Positions 40,279 through 49,625 of a stretch of 56,904 nucleotides of DNA are shown here, piece after piece. The stretch is taken from positions 78,013 to 134,916 of the forward strand of contig CANQZW010000001.1 in NCBI GenBank assembly GCA_947628435.1. The letters are read 5' to 3'. Position 1 is the stretch's first letter; every line of letters begins with the position of its first letter. The notes under the pieces are model-generated. The model saw only the letters and a program-made list of their open reading frames with translations, had not been told where the DNA came from and did not search any database. The DNA comes from an uncultured Bacilli bacterium (GTDB lineage: Bacteria > Bacillota_I > Bacilli_A > RF39 > UBA660). The position numbers and the translations under genes were made by a program.

Positions 40279-41222
40279 ATGGATATTTAGGAGTTGATAT
40301 TGGTTCTATATCTACTAAGGCAGTCGTAATTGATGATAATAAAAAAATAATTGCCAGTTCTTACATTTGGACAGAAGGAAATCCAATAAAAGCTGTTAAA
40401 AAAGTTTTAAATAATATAAAAGAACAACTTGAGGATAAAAACATTTGTATAATTGGTGTTGGAACTACTGGATCAGCTAGAAAGTTAATAGGAACAATGA
40501 TTGGTGCAAATAGCATTAAAAATGAAATAACAGCACATGCAATAGGAACATTATCATTACACAAAAACGTTAGAACAATAATAGAAATAGGAGGACAAGA
40601 TTCAAAAATAATATTATTAGAAGATGGAATTGTAACTGATTATGCAATGAATACGCTATGCGCAGCAGGAACAGGTAGTTTCTTATCTAGTCAGTCAAAA
40701 AGATTAGGAGTTAACGTAGAAGACTTCGGAACTATTGCATTAGAAAGTAAGCACCCTACTAATGTAGCGGCAAGATGTACGGTATTTGCTGAAAGTGATT
40801 TAGTCCATAAAATACAAATGGGTTATAAAAAAGAAGACATAATAGCAGGATTATGTTATAGCGTCGCATCTAATTATTTAAATAACGTTGCAAAAGGAAA
40901 AAAAATTAAAAGTCCTATAATATTTCAGGGCGGTGTAAGTAAAAATATTGGTGTTAAAAAAGCATTTGAGCAAATATTAAAAGAAAAGATAATAACAGAT
41001 GAAAACGGACATTTAATGGGAGCTTTAGGAAGTGCAATACTTTCAATGAACAACAAACTTAAAGAACCATTCAGTTTTAAAATATCGGATAGTAATTTTG
41101 AAACAAATGCACAAGAATGTAATAAATGTCCCAATCACTGCGAGATAATTATTGTAAAAAAAGATGGTAAAAAACTTGATGCTTGGGGCAATAGATGTGA
41201 CAATGGAAAAATAGCAACATAA
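40275..41222 (+). CDS. acyl-CoA dehydratase activase (BadF/BadG/BcrA/BcrD ATPase)
   Basis: LGVDIGSISTK, EIGGQDSK, CAAGTGSFL, RCTVFAES, C-terminal CNKCPNHC...GNRC. Confidence 0.92.
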   Translation: MNGYLGVDIGSISTKAVVIDDNKKIIASSYIWTEGNPIKAVKKVLNNIKEQLEDKNICIIGVGTTGSARKLIGTMIGANSIKNEITAHAIGTLSLHKNVRTIIEIGGQDSKIILLEDGIVTDYAMNTLCAAGTGSFLSSQSKRLGVNVEDFGTIALESKHPTNVAARCTVFAESDLVHKIQMGYKKEDIIAGLCYSVASNYLNNVAKGKKIKSPIIFQGGVSKNIGVKKAFEQILKEKIITDENGHLMGALGSAILSMNNKLKEPFSFKISDSNFETNAQECNKCPNHCEIIIVKKDGKKLDAWGNRCDNGKIAT

Positions 41223-41355
41223 ATTTTATTATTAACTACTTACTCTTTTATAGAAAGTATTCTTAACTTATTTATAGTAATATAAAAACGACTTTTTGGT
41301 AAGTCGTTTTTTTTATACATACTCGAATCATAAAAGTTCGAGTTTCCTATCTATC

Positions 41356-41432
41356 TGGTGGAGCTTAGGGGATTCGAACCCCTGACCTCCTCGGTGCAAG
41401 CGAGGCGCTCTAGCCAGCTGAGCTAAAGCCCC
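41356..41432 (-). tRNA. tRNA-Ala(TGC)
   Basis: Anticodon arm CCTCG-CTTGCAC-CGAGG; G3-U70; encoded CCA. Confidence 0.96.
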
Positions 41433-41523
41433 AAAAATACGCATTAATTAAATGCATATTAATAATAACAAAAACAATTATAAAAATCAATACCTAAATT
41501 TAATTTTTTTATTATTATATTAT

Positions 41524-41832
41524 TTATAATTGAGATAATTGATTTTGCATTTCAATTATTTTTTCATTAATTTTATCTTCATTTGCTATTTCTAAATAAT
41601 TCCAACCTTTTTCAAATAATAAGTTATATATTTCTCTTTGAAGATCACTTATATCATTAAACATATCATGATAATCTTCATAAAGATTACTATTACTTGC
41701 ATCTTCTAATGCTGTTAAATAAGTTGTTAATAATTCTTTTTCTATTTTTAATATTGTTATAAGATAATCCTTTTCATTCATTTGTTTTGAGTTTTTTATC
41801 TTTGTTATGGGGTTACATATTTTATCACTCAT
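41524..41832 (-). CDS. Coat F domain spore protein
   Basis: MNEKDYLITILKIEKELLTTYLTALEDASN..L...QREIYNLLFEKGW. Confidence 0.8.
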   Translation of the reverse strand: MSDKICNPITKIKNSKQMNEKDYLITILKIEKELLTTYLTALEDASNSNLYEDYHDMFNDISDLQREIYNLLFEKGWNYLEIANEDKINEKIIEMQNQLSQL

Positions 41833-41843
41833 TATTATTCTCC

Positions 41844-42050
41844 TTATTCTAAAATATTTATTATTGCTTTACAATGTTCTTTATGAATTTCAGAGGTTTT
41901 AATTAATAATTCTTTAACTTTTAAATCATTAACCTTTTTTATAAATGAATTAGCTAATTTGCAAGCATTAAAATTAGAATCATATATATTACCTAGATGA
42001 TTTAAATCTATATTTGATATTATATTAGGAATAGATTGATAATTTTTCAT
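41844..42050 (-). CDS. small spore-coat-associated partner of the Coat F protein
   Basis: 68 aa, AGGAGG RBS, co-oriented 11 nt from the Coat F gene; helical with HKEHC..I motif. Confidence 0.65.
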   Translation of the reverse strand: MKNYQSIPNIISNIDLNHLGNIYDSNFNACKLANSFIKKVNDLKVKELLIKTSEIHKEHCKAIINILE

Positions 42051-42067
42051 TTTTCCTCCTTTATTTT

Positions 42068-42097
42068 TATTATGTTAATATATTTAATTTTATAAAC
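42068..42097 (-). promoter_or_regulatory. SigG-like promoter
   Basis: GTTTA-N18-CATAATA versus SigG consensus GHATR-N18-CATXHTA; AT-rich context lowers specificity. Confidence 0.45.
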
Positions 42098-42120
42098 AAT
42101 AAAAGGGTAAATTTACCCTT

Positions 42121-42432
42121 TTATTGCAAACAATTAACCGCACTTTCAATTAAGATTTCAAGTTCTGTATCACTAATGTTTAATTTTTTTTCTTCCATCC
42201 ATTCTAATGATTTTTCTAATGCTTTATTCTTTTTTTCATCACAAGATAATCCTTTACATGTTTGTTCTACATACTCAACTGTTTTTTCAACAATTTCCTT
42301 CTTTGTCCTATCCTGAATGAATTCTTGATAAATATTTTTTATTTGTAAACCAACATAACCTAAAATGGCAGTAAGTATTGTTCCAAAAATATGGATAAGA
42401 TTATCAGAAATTGCATTCAAAATATCACTCAA
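42121..42432 (-). CDS. phage holin LL-H family-like protein
   Basis: One TM, then VEYVEQ...EKKNKAL...ISDTELEILIESAV; probable TTG start after GGGGGA. Confidence 0.72.
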   Translation of the reverse strand: MSDILNAISDNLIHIFGTILTAILGYVGLQIKNIYQEFIQDRTKKEIVEKTVEYVEQTCKGLSCDEKKNKALEKSLEWMEEKKLNISDTELEILIESAVNCLQ

Positions 42433-42538
42433 ACCAAATTCCCCCAAATTTAAATAAAGATGCATCTTCAATAATATATTATTCTAATAAAAAAAAGCAG
42501 ACATTACGTATGCCCTTTTATATAAATGATTTTTAAAA

Positions 42539-42615
42539 TGGTCGGAAAGACAGGATTTGAACCTGCAACCTCTACGTCCCGAACGTAGTGCTCTACCAAA
42601 TTAAGCTACTTTCCG
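42539..42615 (-). tRNA. tRNA-Pro(CGG)
   Basis: Anticodon arm CTACG-TTCGGGA-CGTAG; encoded CCA. Confidence 0.93.
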
Positions 42616-42619
42616 ATTA

Positions 42620-42696
42620 TGGTGCTCACGAAAAGATTTGAACTTTTGACCTTTACCTTCGGAGAGTAATGCTCTATCCAACTGAGCTACGTGAGC
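42620..42696 (-). tRNA. tRNA-Arg(CCG)
   Basis: Anticodon arm TTACT-CTCCGAA-GGTAA; encoded CCA. Confidence 0.92.
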
Positions 42697-42705
42697 AAAA
42701 AAGCT

Positions 42706-43464
42706 TTATTTAAGCTTAATATCTATTCCTATTGGGCAGTGATCACTACCAAAAACATCACTATATATGATAGGATTAAACACCTTATTTATAATTGATT
42801 TTGATACTATAAAGTAATCAATCCGCCATCCAATGTTTTTTAATCTAGAGTTTCCTATATAACTCCACCAAGAATAAGCATCTTTCTTATTTGGATTAAA
42901 ATATCTATACGTATCAATAAAACCACTTTCTAAAAGTTTAGTAAACTTATCTCTTTCTTCGTAAGTAAAACCAGCATTACCTATGTTAGCCTTAGCATTT
43001 TTTATATCATTTTCGGTATGAGCAACGTTAAAATCACCACACACTACTACAGGTTTTTTCTTTTCTAAGTTTTTTATGTATTTTCTAAAATCATCTTCCC
43101 ATTTCATTCTATAATTTAGTCTTGATAAATCTCTTTTTACATTTGGTACGTATTGATTAACTAAATAATAATCTTCAAACTCCAAAGTTATTACCCTACC
43201 TTCTTTATCATGCATGTCAATTCCAATACCATAAGAAACACTTATTGGCTTATATAACGTGTAAATTAAAGTACCAGAGTAACCCTTTTTTAATGCTGGA
43301 TTTATATAACAATAATAATCTTTTGGTTTAAAATCTATTTGATCTTCTTGTGCTTTTACTTCTTGAAGACAGTAAACATCAGCATCACAGGTATAAAAAA
43401 AGTCTTCAAAACCCTTTTTTAAACATGCTCTAAAACCTGCTACATTCCAAGATACTAACTTCAT
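42706..43464 (-). CDS. exoA: exodeoxyribonuclease III / AP endonuclease
   Basis: SWNVAG, LQEVK, GYSG, CGDFNVAH, GWRIDYF, SDHCPI. Confidence 0.95.
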   Translation of the reverse strand: MKLVSWNVAGFRACLKKGFEDFFYTCDADVYCLQEVKAQEDQIDFKPKDYYCYINPALKKGYSGTLIYTLYKPISVSYGIGIDMHDKEGRVITLEFEDYYLVNQYVPNVKRDLSRLNYRMKWEDDFRKYIKNLEKKKPVVVCGDFNVAHTENDIKNAKANIGNAGFTYEERDKFTKLLESGFIDTYRYFNPNKKDAYSWWSYIGNSRLKNIGWRIDYFIVSKSIINKVFNPIIYSDVFGSDHCPIGIDIKLK

Positions 43465-43970
43465 TTTGCCCTCCTTCTTTTGCTTTCATAACAAAGACTT
43501 TCTTTATAAAAAACCATTTTACCAGTAAAACCCCTAGATTCATACTCTTCTTCATCAAATAGAAAATCACAAGCTTGTGCTGCTAATATACTATTTTTAT
43601 TACTAGGATCAATATCTAGTTTAACAACTCTTATGTTATGATTAACAAATAAATAATCGCATACCTCATTAATTATTTTCTTTGCCTTACCCATACCACG
43701 AAATTCTTTAAGAACAGATAATTCTAAAAACACCTCATCATTAAACATATTAGAAATAAATACGTATCCTATTGGTATGTTATTTTCTAAAACAACATAA
43801 GCACTTTGAAAACTAAAATCCTTGCAATTACTAAAATTACTTAACCTATCACTAACGTTATGAATAAAATTAGACTTTGATTCATTTTCAAAAGATCTTT
43901 TTAAAGAACTATGTTTATTTTCATCATATCTACATAAATTTAAAGTTTCTAATTTTATCACTAAAATCAC
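43461..43970 (-). CDS. GNAT family N-acetyltransferase
   Basis: VLKEFRGMGKAKKII, IDPSNKNS. Confidence 0.85.
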   Translation of the reverse strand: MILVIKLETLNLCRYDENKHSSLKRSFENESKSNFIHNVSDRLSNFSNCKDFSFQSAYVVLENNIPIGYVFISNMFNDEVFLELSVLKEFRGMGKAKKIINEVCDYLFVNHNIRVVKLDIDPSNKNSILAAQACDFLFDEEEYESRGFTGKMVFYKESLCYESKRRRAK

Positions 43971-44030
43971 CCATATTCATTATATCATATAAAATAAAAA
44001 ACTATTCAAAGATGAATAGTTATTTTCAAA

Positions 44031-44107
44031 TGGTCGGAAAGACAGGATTTGAACCTGCAACCTCACGGTCCCAAACCGCGTGCACTACCAAATTGTGCTA
44101 CTTTCCG
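44031..44107 (-). tRNA. tRNA-Pro(TGG)
   Basis: Anticodon arm CGCGG-TTTGGGA-CCGTG; encoded CCA. Confidence 0.95.
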
Positions 44108-44168
44108 AAATGCAGTATGATTATATCATAATGATTTTAAAAAATCAATACCACGTACTTTTATAAAG

Positions 44169-44245
44169 TGGCGCACTCGAAGGGATTCGAACCCCTGACC
44201 CCTTGGTTCGTAGCCAAGTGCTCTATCCAGCTGAGCTACGAGTGC
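44169..44245 (-). tRNA. tRNA-Arg(ACG)
   Basis: Anticodon arm CTTGG-CTACGAA-CCAAG; encoded CCA. Confidence 0.96.
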
Positions 44246-44355
44246 ATTTTTTTATACAAGGAGTAATCAATTCCTGTAACGCCACTAATTATATCATTTA
44301 TTATTTTTTTTTTCAATAGTATTTTATGATTTTATTTATGCTATTGATACTATAA

Positions 44356-44847
44356 TTATTTTAATATTTTTTTAACAAAAACTTTTGCGGACTCTTCTAA
44401 TTTTTCTAAAGTATCATTTTCAATAATATAATCATAATCATAATTTTCTACATTTTTATCTGATAAGTTAGATTTTATTAATTCATAATTATTCCTTTTT
44501 ATTAATAATGTTTCAGCATTAAATTCTAAAACAATTCTTTTAATTTCTTTTGGTTCTCTTATATGAATAAACATAATATCTGAATTATTATTATAAAATT
44601 CAGAAATAGCCTTTAAAATGCTATTATATGGCAGATCATTATAATTAGTTGCAAGAGCTTTTAAATCAGATAAAAATTTTCTATCTTTTTCTGTTTTTCC
44701 ACCATCCCAACCCATTAATTTAGCAATCTGTTTTATTTTATCAATGGAAGAAAAGTTAAAAACGGTACAATATTTTGAACAATAAGTAACAAAAGTATCC
44801 TTACCACTACCACCAGTTCCATTAATTACAATTATTTTTTTACTCAT
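44356..44847 (-). CDS. P-loop (deoxy)nucleoside monophosphate kinase-like protein
   Basis: VINGTGGSGKDTF, GWDGGKTEKDRKFL, HIREPKE, YDYIIEN. Confidence 0.65.
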   Translation of the reverse strand: MSKKIIVINGTGGSGKDTFVTYCSKYCTVFNFSSIDKIKQIAKLMGWDGGKTEKDRKFLSDLKALATNYNDLPYNSILKAISEFYNNNSDIMFIHIREPKEIKRIVLEFNAETLLIKRNNYELIKSNLSDKNVENYDYDYIIENDTLEKLEESAKVFVKKILK

Positions 44848-44927
44848 ATATACCTCCAATTATCTTATGCAATAATTATATCATATAATGTAAAAATATG
44901 ATATAATTAGCGTTAAGGAGGTATTAA

Positions 44928-45350
44928 ATGTTAAAGGAATTTAAAGAGTTTATATCAAAAGGAAACGTAGTTGATTTAGCTGTTGGTGTTATTGTTGGTA
45001 GTGCATTTGGAAAAATAGTATCTTCACTTGTTAATGATATACTAATGCCTGTTATTGGAGTTATTATTGGTGGGGTTGATTTTAGCGATTTATCAATTAA
45101 AGTTGGTGGTGCAAAAATAGCATACGGAATGTTTATTCAAAACATTATTGACTTTTTAATAATAGCTTTTTGTGTGTTCTTATTTGTTAAAACAGTTAAT
45201 AAATTATCAAACATGACACATAAAAAAGAAGAAGAAAAAGAACAAATAGTAACAGAAACAGAATTAGATGTTTTAAAAGAGATAAGAGAAGAATTAAAAA
45301 AGAAAACAAAAACTACTAAAAAAACAGTTTCAAAAAAGAAAAAAGATTAA
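44928..45350 (+). CDS. mscL: large-conductance mechanosensitive channel
   Basis: [45 protein letters not shown]. Confidence 0.96.
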   Translation: MLKEFKEFISKGNVVDLAVGVIVGSAFGKIVSSLVNDILMPVIGVIIGGVDFSDLSIKVGGAKIAYGMFIQNIIDFLIIAFCVFLFVKTVNKLSNMTHKKEEEKEQIVTETELDVLKEIREELKKKTKTTKKTVSKKKKD

Positions 45351-45371
45351 GCAAAAAAATATGAACATTTT

Positions 45372-45399
45372 AAAAGGTGTACGTTTTGTACACCTTTTT
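45372..45399. terminator. bidirectional terminator
   Basis: AAAAGGTGTAC-GTTTT-GTACACCTTTT between convergent genes. Confidence 0.8.
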
Positions 45400-45417
45400 A
45401 TTTATATATGTAAATGA

Positions 45418-46122
45418 TTAGCAACCTTTATCATGTTCAGCATCACAAGCATCATCATTTACTTTTGTTACTATTTCATCAAAAATTATTTTTAAAGTAT
45501 TTTGTTGTTCTTTAGTTAATTTATCGTATGGTGTTTGACCTTCTGGTAAATCTACCGTATCAGCATGATATCCTACAATTTTTCCATCTTTAACACCTAT
45601 TACTAAAGGTACATATATTCTTTTTTCTCCTGTTTTAACATTATCTACCTCATATTCATCTAAAATAGAATCTAAGGATTTAAGCATTTGATAATACTGT
45701 TTTGTACCCTTTTTTGTTTGGGTTAAAGTACCATCCACTAATTCATATAAGTCCCTTTGATCAGTCATGTTTAAATATAATATTTTATCAATATTAACGT
45801 ATTGTAAAACATTAATTGCATTACGACACCAAGGACAATTAGGAAATCCTAAATATATTAATCCCGTACCATTATTTAAAGTATCAACTACTTCTTTTGC
45901 AGATGCATACACAAAAGGATTATCACTATTTAACTTAACTTCTGGATAAGTATTTCCAGAAGAAGTTTTTTTATTATTTAATGCTTCATATTCTTTTTTA
46001 AATTTAATAGCGTCAGTATCTTTAACTTGTTTTTTATCTTTTAATCCAAAATATAATATAATACCTAAAACTAATATAGTTAATAAAAGTATAATAATTA
46101 ATTTTATTTTATTTTTTTTCAT
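45418..46122 (-). CDS. membrane-anchored thioredoxin-fold protein
   Basis: N-terminal TM, YLGFPNCPWCR (CxxC), YVPLVIGVKDGKIV. Confidence 0.75.
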   Translation of the reverse strand: MKKNKIKLIIILLLTILVLGIILYFGLKDKKQVKDTDAIKFKKEYEALNNKKTSSGNTYPEVKLNSDNPFVYASAKEVVDTLNNGTGLIYLGFPNCPWCRNAINVLQYVNIDKILYLNMTDQRDLYELVDGTLTQTKKGTKQYYQMLKSLDSILDEYEVDNVKTGEKRIYVPLVIGVKDGKIVGYHADTVDLPEGQTPYDKLTKEQQNTLKIIFDEIVTKVNDDACDAEHDKGC

Positions 46123-46179
46123 CTTACCACTTCTTTCCTTTTTTATTATACCATAAATATTAAATATTTAAAATAAAGA

Positions 46180-46746
46180 CTATTTAAATATGTAAAATCC
46201 AAATATAAAACCACATATTGCTCCTATTATATGACCTATGTGTGATACGTTATCATCTTTTTTAAAAATACCAGAAATAATTTCATTTATAACATAAAAA
46301 ATACAAATTAGAATTAAAGTAATTGGTATTTTATCTGCTGTAATATTAACAAATGACGAAAGAATAATTAACATAAAAACTATGCCACTTGCTCCTAATA
46401 TTGATTTGTTCTTACTAAATAAAGAGTTTAATATACCAGTTACTAACGCTGTTATTAGTATCATGATAATTAAATTTATACTTCCATACTTTTCCTCTAT
46501 CATTGGTCCAATTAATAATATATATAAAAAATTATTCATAAAATGAGACCAATTTGCATGACCAAATATATGGGTTACTAATCTTACGTACGTAACAGGG
46601 TTAGATAAATTACTTCTGTATGAAGAAAATAATAATTTATTACTTTTTCCTTTTGTAAAGTAATTAATAATAAGTACAAATAATGATATAAAAAAGAAAG
46701 ATAATATAACAACTGAGTTATAACTAAAATAATTTACTAACTTCAC
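46180..46746 (-). CDS. rhomboid family intramembrane serine protease
   Basis: HANWSHFMNN, GASG, SHIGHIIGA. Confidence 0.9.
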   Translation of the reverse strand: MKLVNYFSYNSVVILSFFFISLFVLIINYFTKGKSNKLLFSSYRSNLSNPVTYVRLVTHIFGHANWSHFMNNFLYILLIGPMIEEKYGSINLIIMILITALVTGILNSLFSKNKSILGASGIVFMLIILSSFVNITADKIPITLILICIFYVINEIISGIFKKDDNVSHIGHIIGAICGFIFGFYIFK

Positions 46747-46779
46747 TTATCTCACCTTCTTCTTATTAACGTATTTAAT

Positions 46780-47889
46780 TTACAAATACCATAGTTTTTT
46801 ACCATTTTTTCTTACCTCTTTAATTATTCCGCCACCTAAACATATTTCATTACAATAAAACACGCAAGCTTGACCTGGGGTTACTGATTTTACTCCTTGT
46901 GGAAACTTAACCAAAATTTCATTATTTTCTAACCACTCTAATTTTACATCAACATCCTTTTGTCTATATCTAAATTTAGCGGTGCATTTGGTAAGTTTCT
47001 TATAATAAGTCCAGTTAATTTGATCCACTAAGCAAGAGTCCGTAATTAAGTATTTATTATCATCTCCAGTTGCAATATATAATACATTTTTATTTAAATC
47101 TTTTCCTACAACAAACATTCTATCTTTAGTACCACCAATGTTAAGCCCTCTTCTTTGACCTATTGTATAATGCATAAGACCAATGTGCTTTCCTACTTTT
47201 TTATTTGTTTTAATGTCAATTACATCACCAGGCATATTTGGTAAGTAATTTTTTAAAAAATTAGAGAAATTTCTTTCACCAATAAAACAAATTCCAGTTG
47301 AGTCTTTTTTATCATAGGTTACCAATCCATATTCTTGAGCAATTTTTCTAACGTCTTTTTTTAACATATCCCCAATTGGAAATAATACGTTTTTTAATTG
47401 TTTTTTAGATACTTGCGACAAAAAATATGATTGATCTTTGTTATCATCTTTCGCCCTTAATAATTGTCCGTTTTTTATTCTGCAATAATGACCTGTCGCG
47501 ATAAAATCGGCTCCTAGTTTTTCAGCTTCTTTTATAAACTGATCGAATTTAATATATTTATTGCACATTATATCTGGATTAGGAGTTCTACCTTTTTTAA
47601 GTTCATCTAAAAAATAGGTAAATACATAATCCCAGTATTCTTTTATAAAATCTTTTCGATAAAGTGGTATTCCTAGTTTATCACATACTTTTTTAGCGTC
47701 ATTATAATCGACTTCTTGTGGGCATATTCCTTCTTTGGTTGTTGGAGCACCATTTACCTCACCATCCGCAAACGAATCCCAATTACGCATGAAAAGACCT
47801 ACTACTTCATATCCTTGTTTTTGTAATATTATTGCAGCAACTGAGGAATCAACACCCCCACTCATTCCAATTACAACCTTTTTTTTCAT
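46780..47889 (-). CDS. mnmA: tRNA 2-thiouridine(34) synthase MnmA
   Basis: MSGGVDSSV, TPNPDIMCN, KDQSYFL, STGICFIG, TPGQACVFY. Confidence 0.98.
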   Translation of the reverse strand: MKKKVVIGMSGGVDSSVAAIILQKQGYEVVGLFMRNWDSFADGEVNGAPTTKEGICPQEVDYNDAKKVCDKLGIPLYRKDFIKEYWDYVFTYFLDELKKGRTPNPDIMCNKYIKFDQFIKEAEKLGADFIATGHYCRIKNGQLLRAKDDNKDQSYFLSQVSKKQLKNVLFPIGDMLKKDVRKIAQEYGLVTYDKKDSTGICFIGERNFSNFLKNYLPNMPGDVIDIKTNKKVGKHIGLMHYTIGQRRGLNIGGTKDRMFVVGKDLNKNVLYIATGDDNKYLITDSCLVDQINWTYYKKLTKCTAKFRYRQKDVDVKLEWLENNEILVKFPQGVKSVTPGQACVFYCNEICLGGGIIKEVRKNGKKLWYL

Positions 47890-47981
47890 AAATAACACTT
47901 CCATTTTTTGTATATAATCATAGAACTCATAATAATTATTTAATAAAACGTATAAATAAATCTATTTATTCTTACTTAATT

Positions 47982-48461
47982 TTATAATATTGAAGAAATA
48001 ATTTTTATAACCTCATTTATTACTAACTGTTTATTTTTTAATCTGGTATTTTTAACGGCTAATACCTCTTTATTATAGTATTTATTATTTTCTTTATCAT
48101 AAACACTAATAAAAATTATGTTATTTTTTCCATACGGATTTGCATCGTCCTTTTTATTTAACTTTCCAGTAACACCAATTCCATAAGTAGAATTAGTAAA
48201 ATAAGAAATCATTTTACTCATTTCATCAGCGGTATTTTTACTATAAACCGTATATTTATCTATAATTTCCTTACTAACTCCCATTTTTATCTTAAACTCA
48301 TTTGAGTATGTAACCGCACTAAACTTAAGTACTTTAGATGCTCCTTCGACATTTGTTATGGCATTAGAAATAGCACCACCAGTACATGATTCCATAGTCG
48401 AAATGGTTTTATTACTTTTTATTAATTTTTCTACTAATTTTTTAACATTCATCTTTATCAT
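47982..48461 (-). CDS. CinA C-terminal / PncC family protein
   Basis: ESCTGG, VTYSNEFK, GIGVTG. Confidence 0.85.
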   Translation of the reverse strand: MIKMNVKKLVEKLIKSNKTISTMESCTGGAISNAITNVEGASKVLKFSAVTYSNEFKIKMGVSKEIIDKYTVYSKNTADEMSKMISYFTNSTYGIGVTGKLNKKDDANPYGKNNIIFISVYDKENNKYYNKEVLAVKNTRLKNKQLVINEVIKIISSIL

Positions 48462-48470
48462 TCTTTCAAT

Positions 48471-48833
48471 CTAATTATAAGTTTTACTTTTTCTATTTGA
48501 ATATATTATTGTTAAAAGAAAAACAACAATCATCATTATAATTGGCAAAATACATTTAAAATAATTAATTTCCGTATAATTAACTGAATACGTTGCTATT
48601 AAAAAGTTAACTACACCAATAAAAGTTTTTTGCCATTTAGTTAATTTAACTTTAAAATGACTTAAAATATTATCTAAGTACGTAAAAAATAAAAAACTTA
48701 ATAATATTAGCATCACACCTAAAATAATAAAATAAGGTCCTTTAAAAGTAAATGATTCAATTCCCATACAAAACAAAAATAAAAACATTGTATTTTGAAG
48801 AATTTTTTTTATGAAAATTAATACTTTTTTCAT
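48471..48833 (-). CDS. hypothetical 4-TM membrane protein
   Basis: Four hydrophobic segments; GAGGT RBS. Confidence 0.7.
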   Translation of the reverse strand: MKKVLIFIKKILQNTMFLFLFCMGIESFTFKGPYFIILGVMLILLSFLFFTYLDNILSHFKVKLTKWQKTFIGVVNFLIATYSVNYTEINYFKCILPIIMMIVVFLLTIIYSNRKSKTYN

Positions 48834-48846
48834 TATAAACCTCTAT

Positions 48847-49623
48847 TTATTTTAATATTACTCCTTTTATATTACTATCTAATGCATTAACAAAGTTTTC
48901 TGCATTTATATAAGAACCAGTCTCACCATAATGAATAGGCACTGCATATTTTGGTTTAATTTCATTTACTGCTTCTGATGCTTGTTTATCACTCATCGTA
49001 TATGTTCCACCTACTGGAATAAATATTACATCACACTTAACGTTTTTTAACTCATCAGTTAAATCACTATCACCAACCACATAATACTTAACATTATCTA
49101 TTAAAACATTATATCCAACCCAATTATATGATTTTTTATGATATGATTTATCAACGTTATAAGATGGTATTGTATCAAACTTTATATCATCTATTACATA
49201 CGTTTTACTTGGATAAACAACGGTAATGTTATCTTTTTTAATTCCTAATGATAATACTTTATTTTCTAAATCATTAGTTATAATAAATTTAGTATCATCA
49301 TTCATTACTTTTTTGATATCATTTTGTGAATAATGATCATAATGTGAATGCGTAATAAATATATAATCAGCATCATTTACTTGATCGTTTATTTTAAATG
49401 GATCAAAGTATATTACTTTTCCATTTTTTTGCATCCTTATTGAAGCATGATAATTAAGTGTTATCCCGTCCATTATTATCTCCTTAAATTTAGTTGTTAC
49501 AACTTTTTTCTCATTTGTTTTATTATTTGATTTTTTTTCTTCTTTATTAAAATTCTTATTAATAAACAAAAAGCCTACCAAGAAGATTATTACTATAATT
49601 GGTACTAAAAATATCTTTTTCAT
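48847..49623 (-). CDS. MBL-fold metallo-hydrolase with N-terminal anchor
   Basis: YFDP, ITHSHYDH, GDS, PVGGTYTM, PIHYG. Confidence 0.88.
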   Translation of the reverse strand: MKKIFLVPIIVIIFLVGFLFINKNFNKEEKKSNNKTNEKKVVTTKFKEIIMDGITLNYHASIRMQKNGKVIYFDPFKINDQVNDADYIFITHSHYDHYSQNDIKKVMNDDTKFIITNDLENKVLSLGIKKDNITVVYPSKTYVIDDIKFDTIPSYNVDKSYHKKSYNWVGYNVLIDNVKYYVVGDSDLTDELKNVKCDVIFIPVGGTYTMSDKQASEAVNEIKPKYAVPIHYGETGSYINAENFVNALDSNIKGVILK

Positions 49624-49625
49624 AA

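Noticed and set aside
42539-44107. Integrated element bounded by tRNA-Pro direct repeats
   Set aside because: Both copies are complete tRNAs with different anticodons; no integrase; cargo includes housekeeping exoA
43877-44131. 84-aa plus-strand ORF
   Set aside because: Overlaps the antisense of tRNA-Pro(TGG) and the GNAT gene; a typical tRNA shadow ORF
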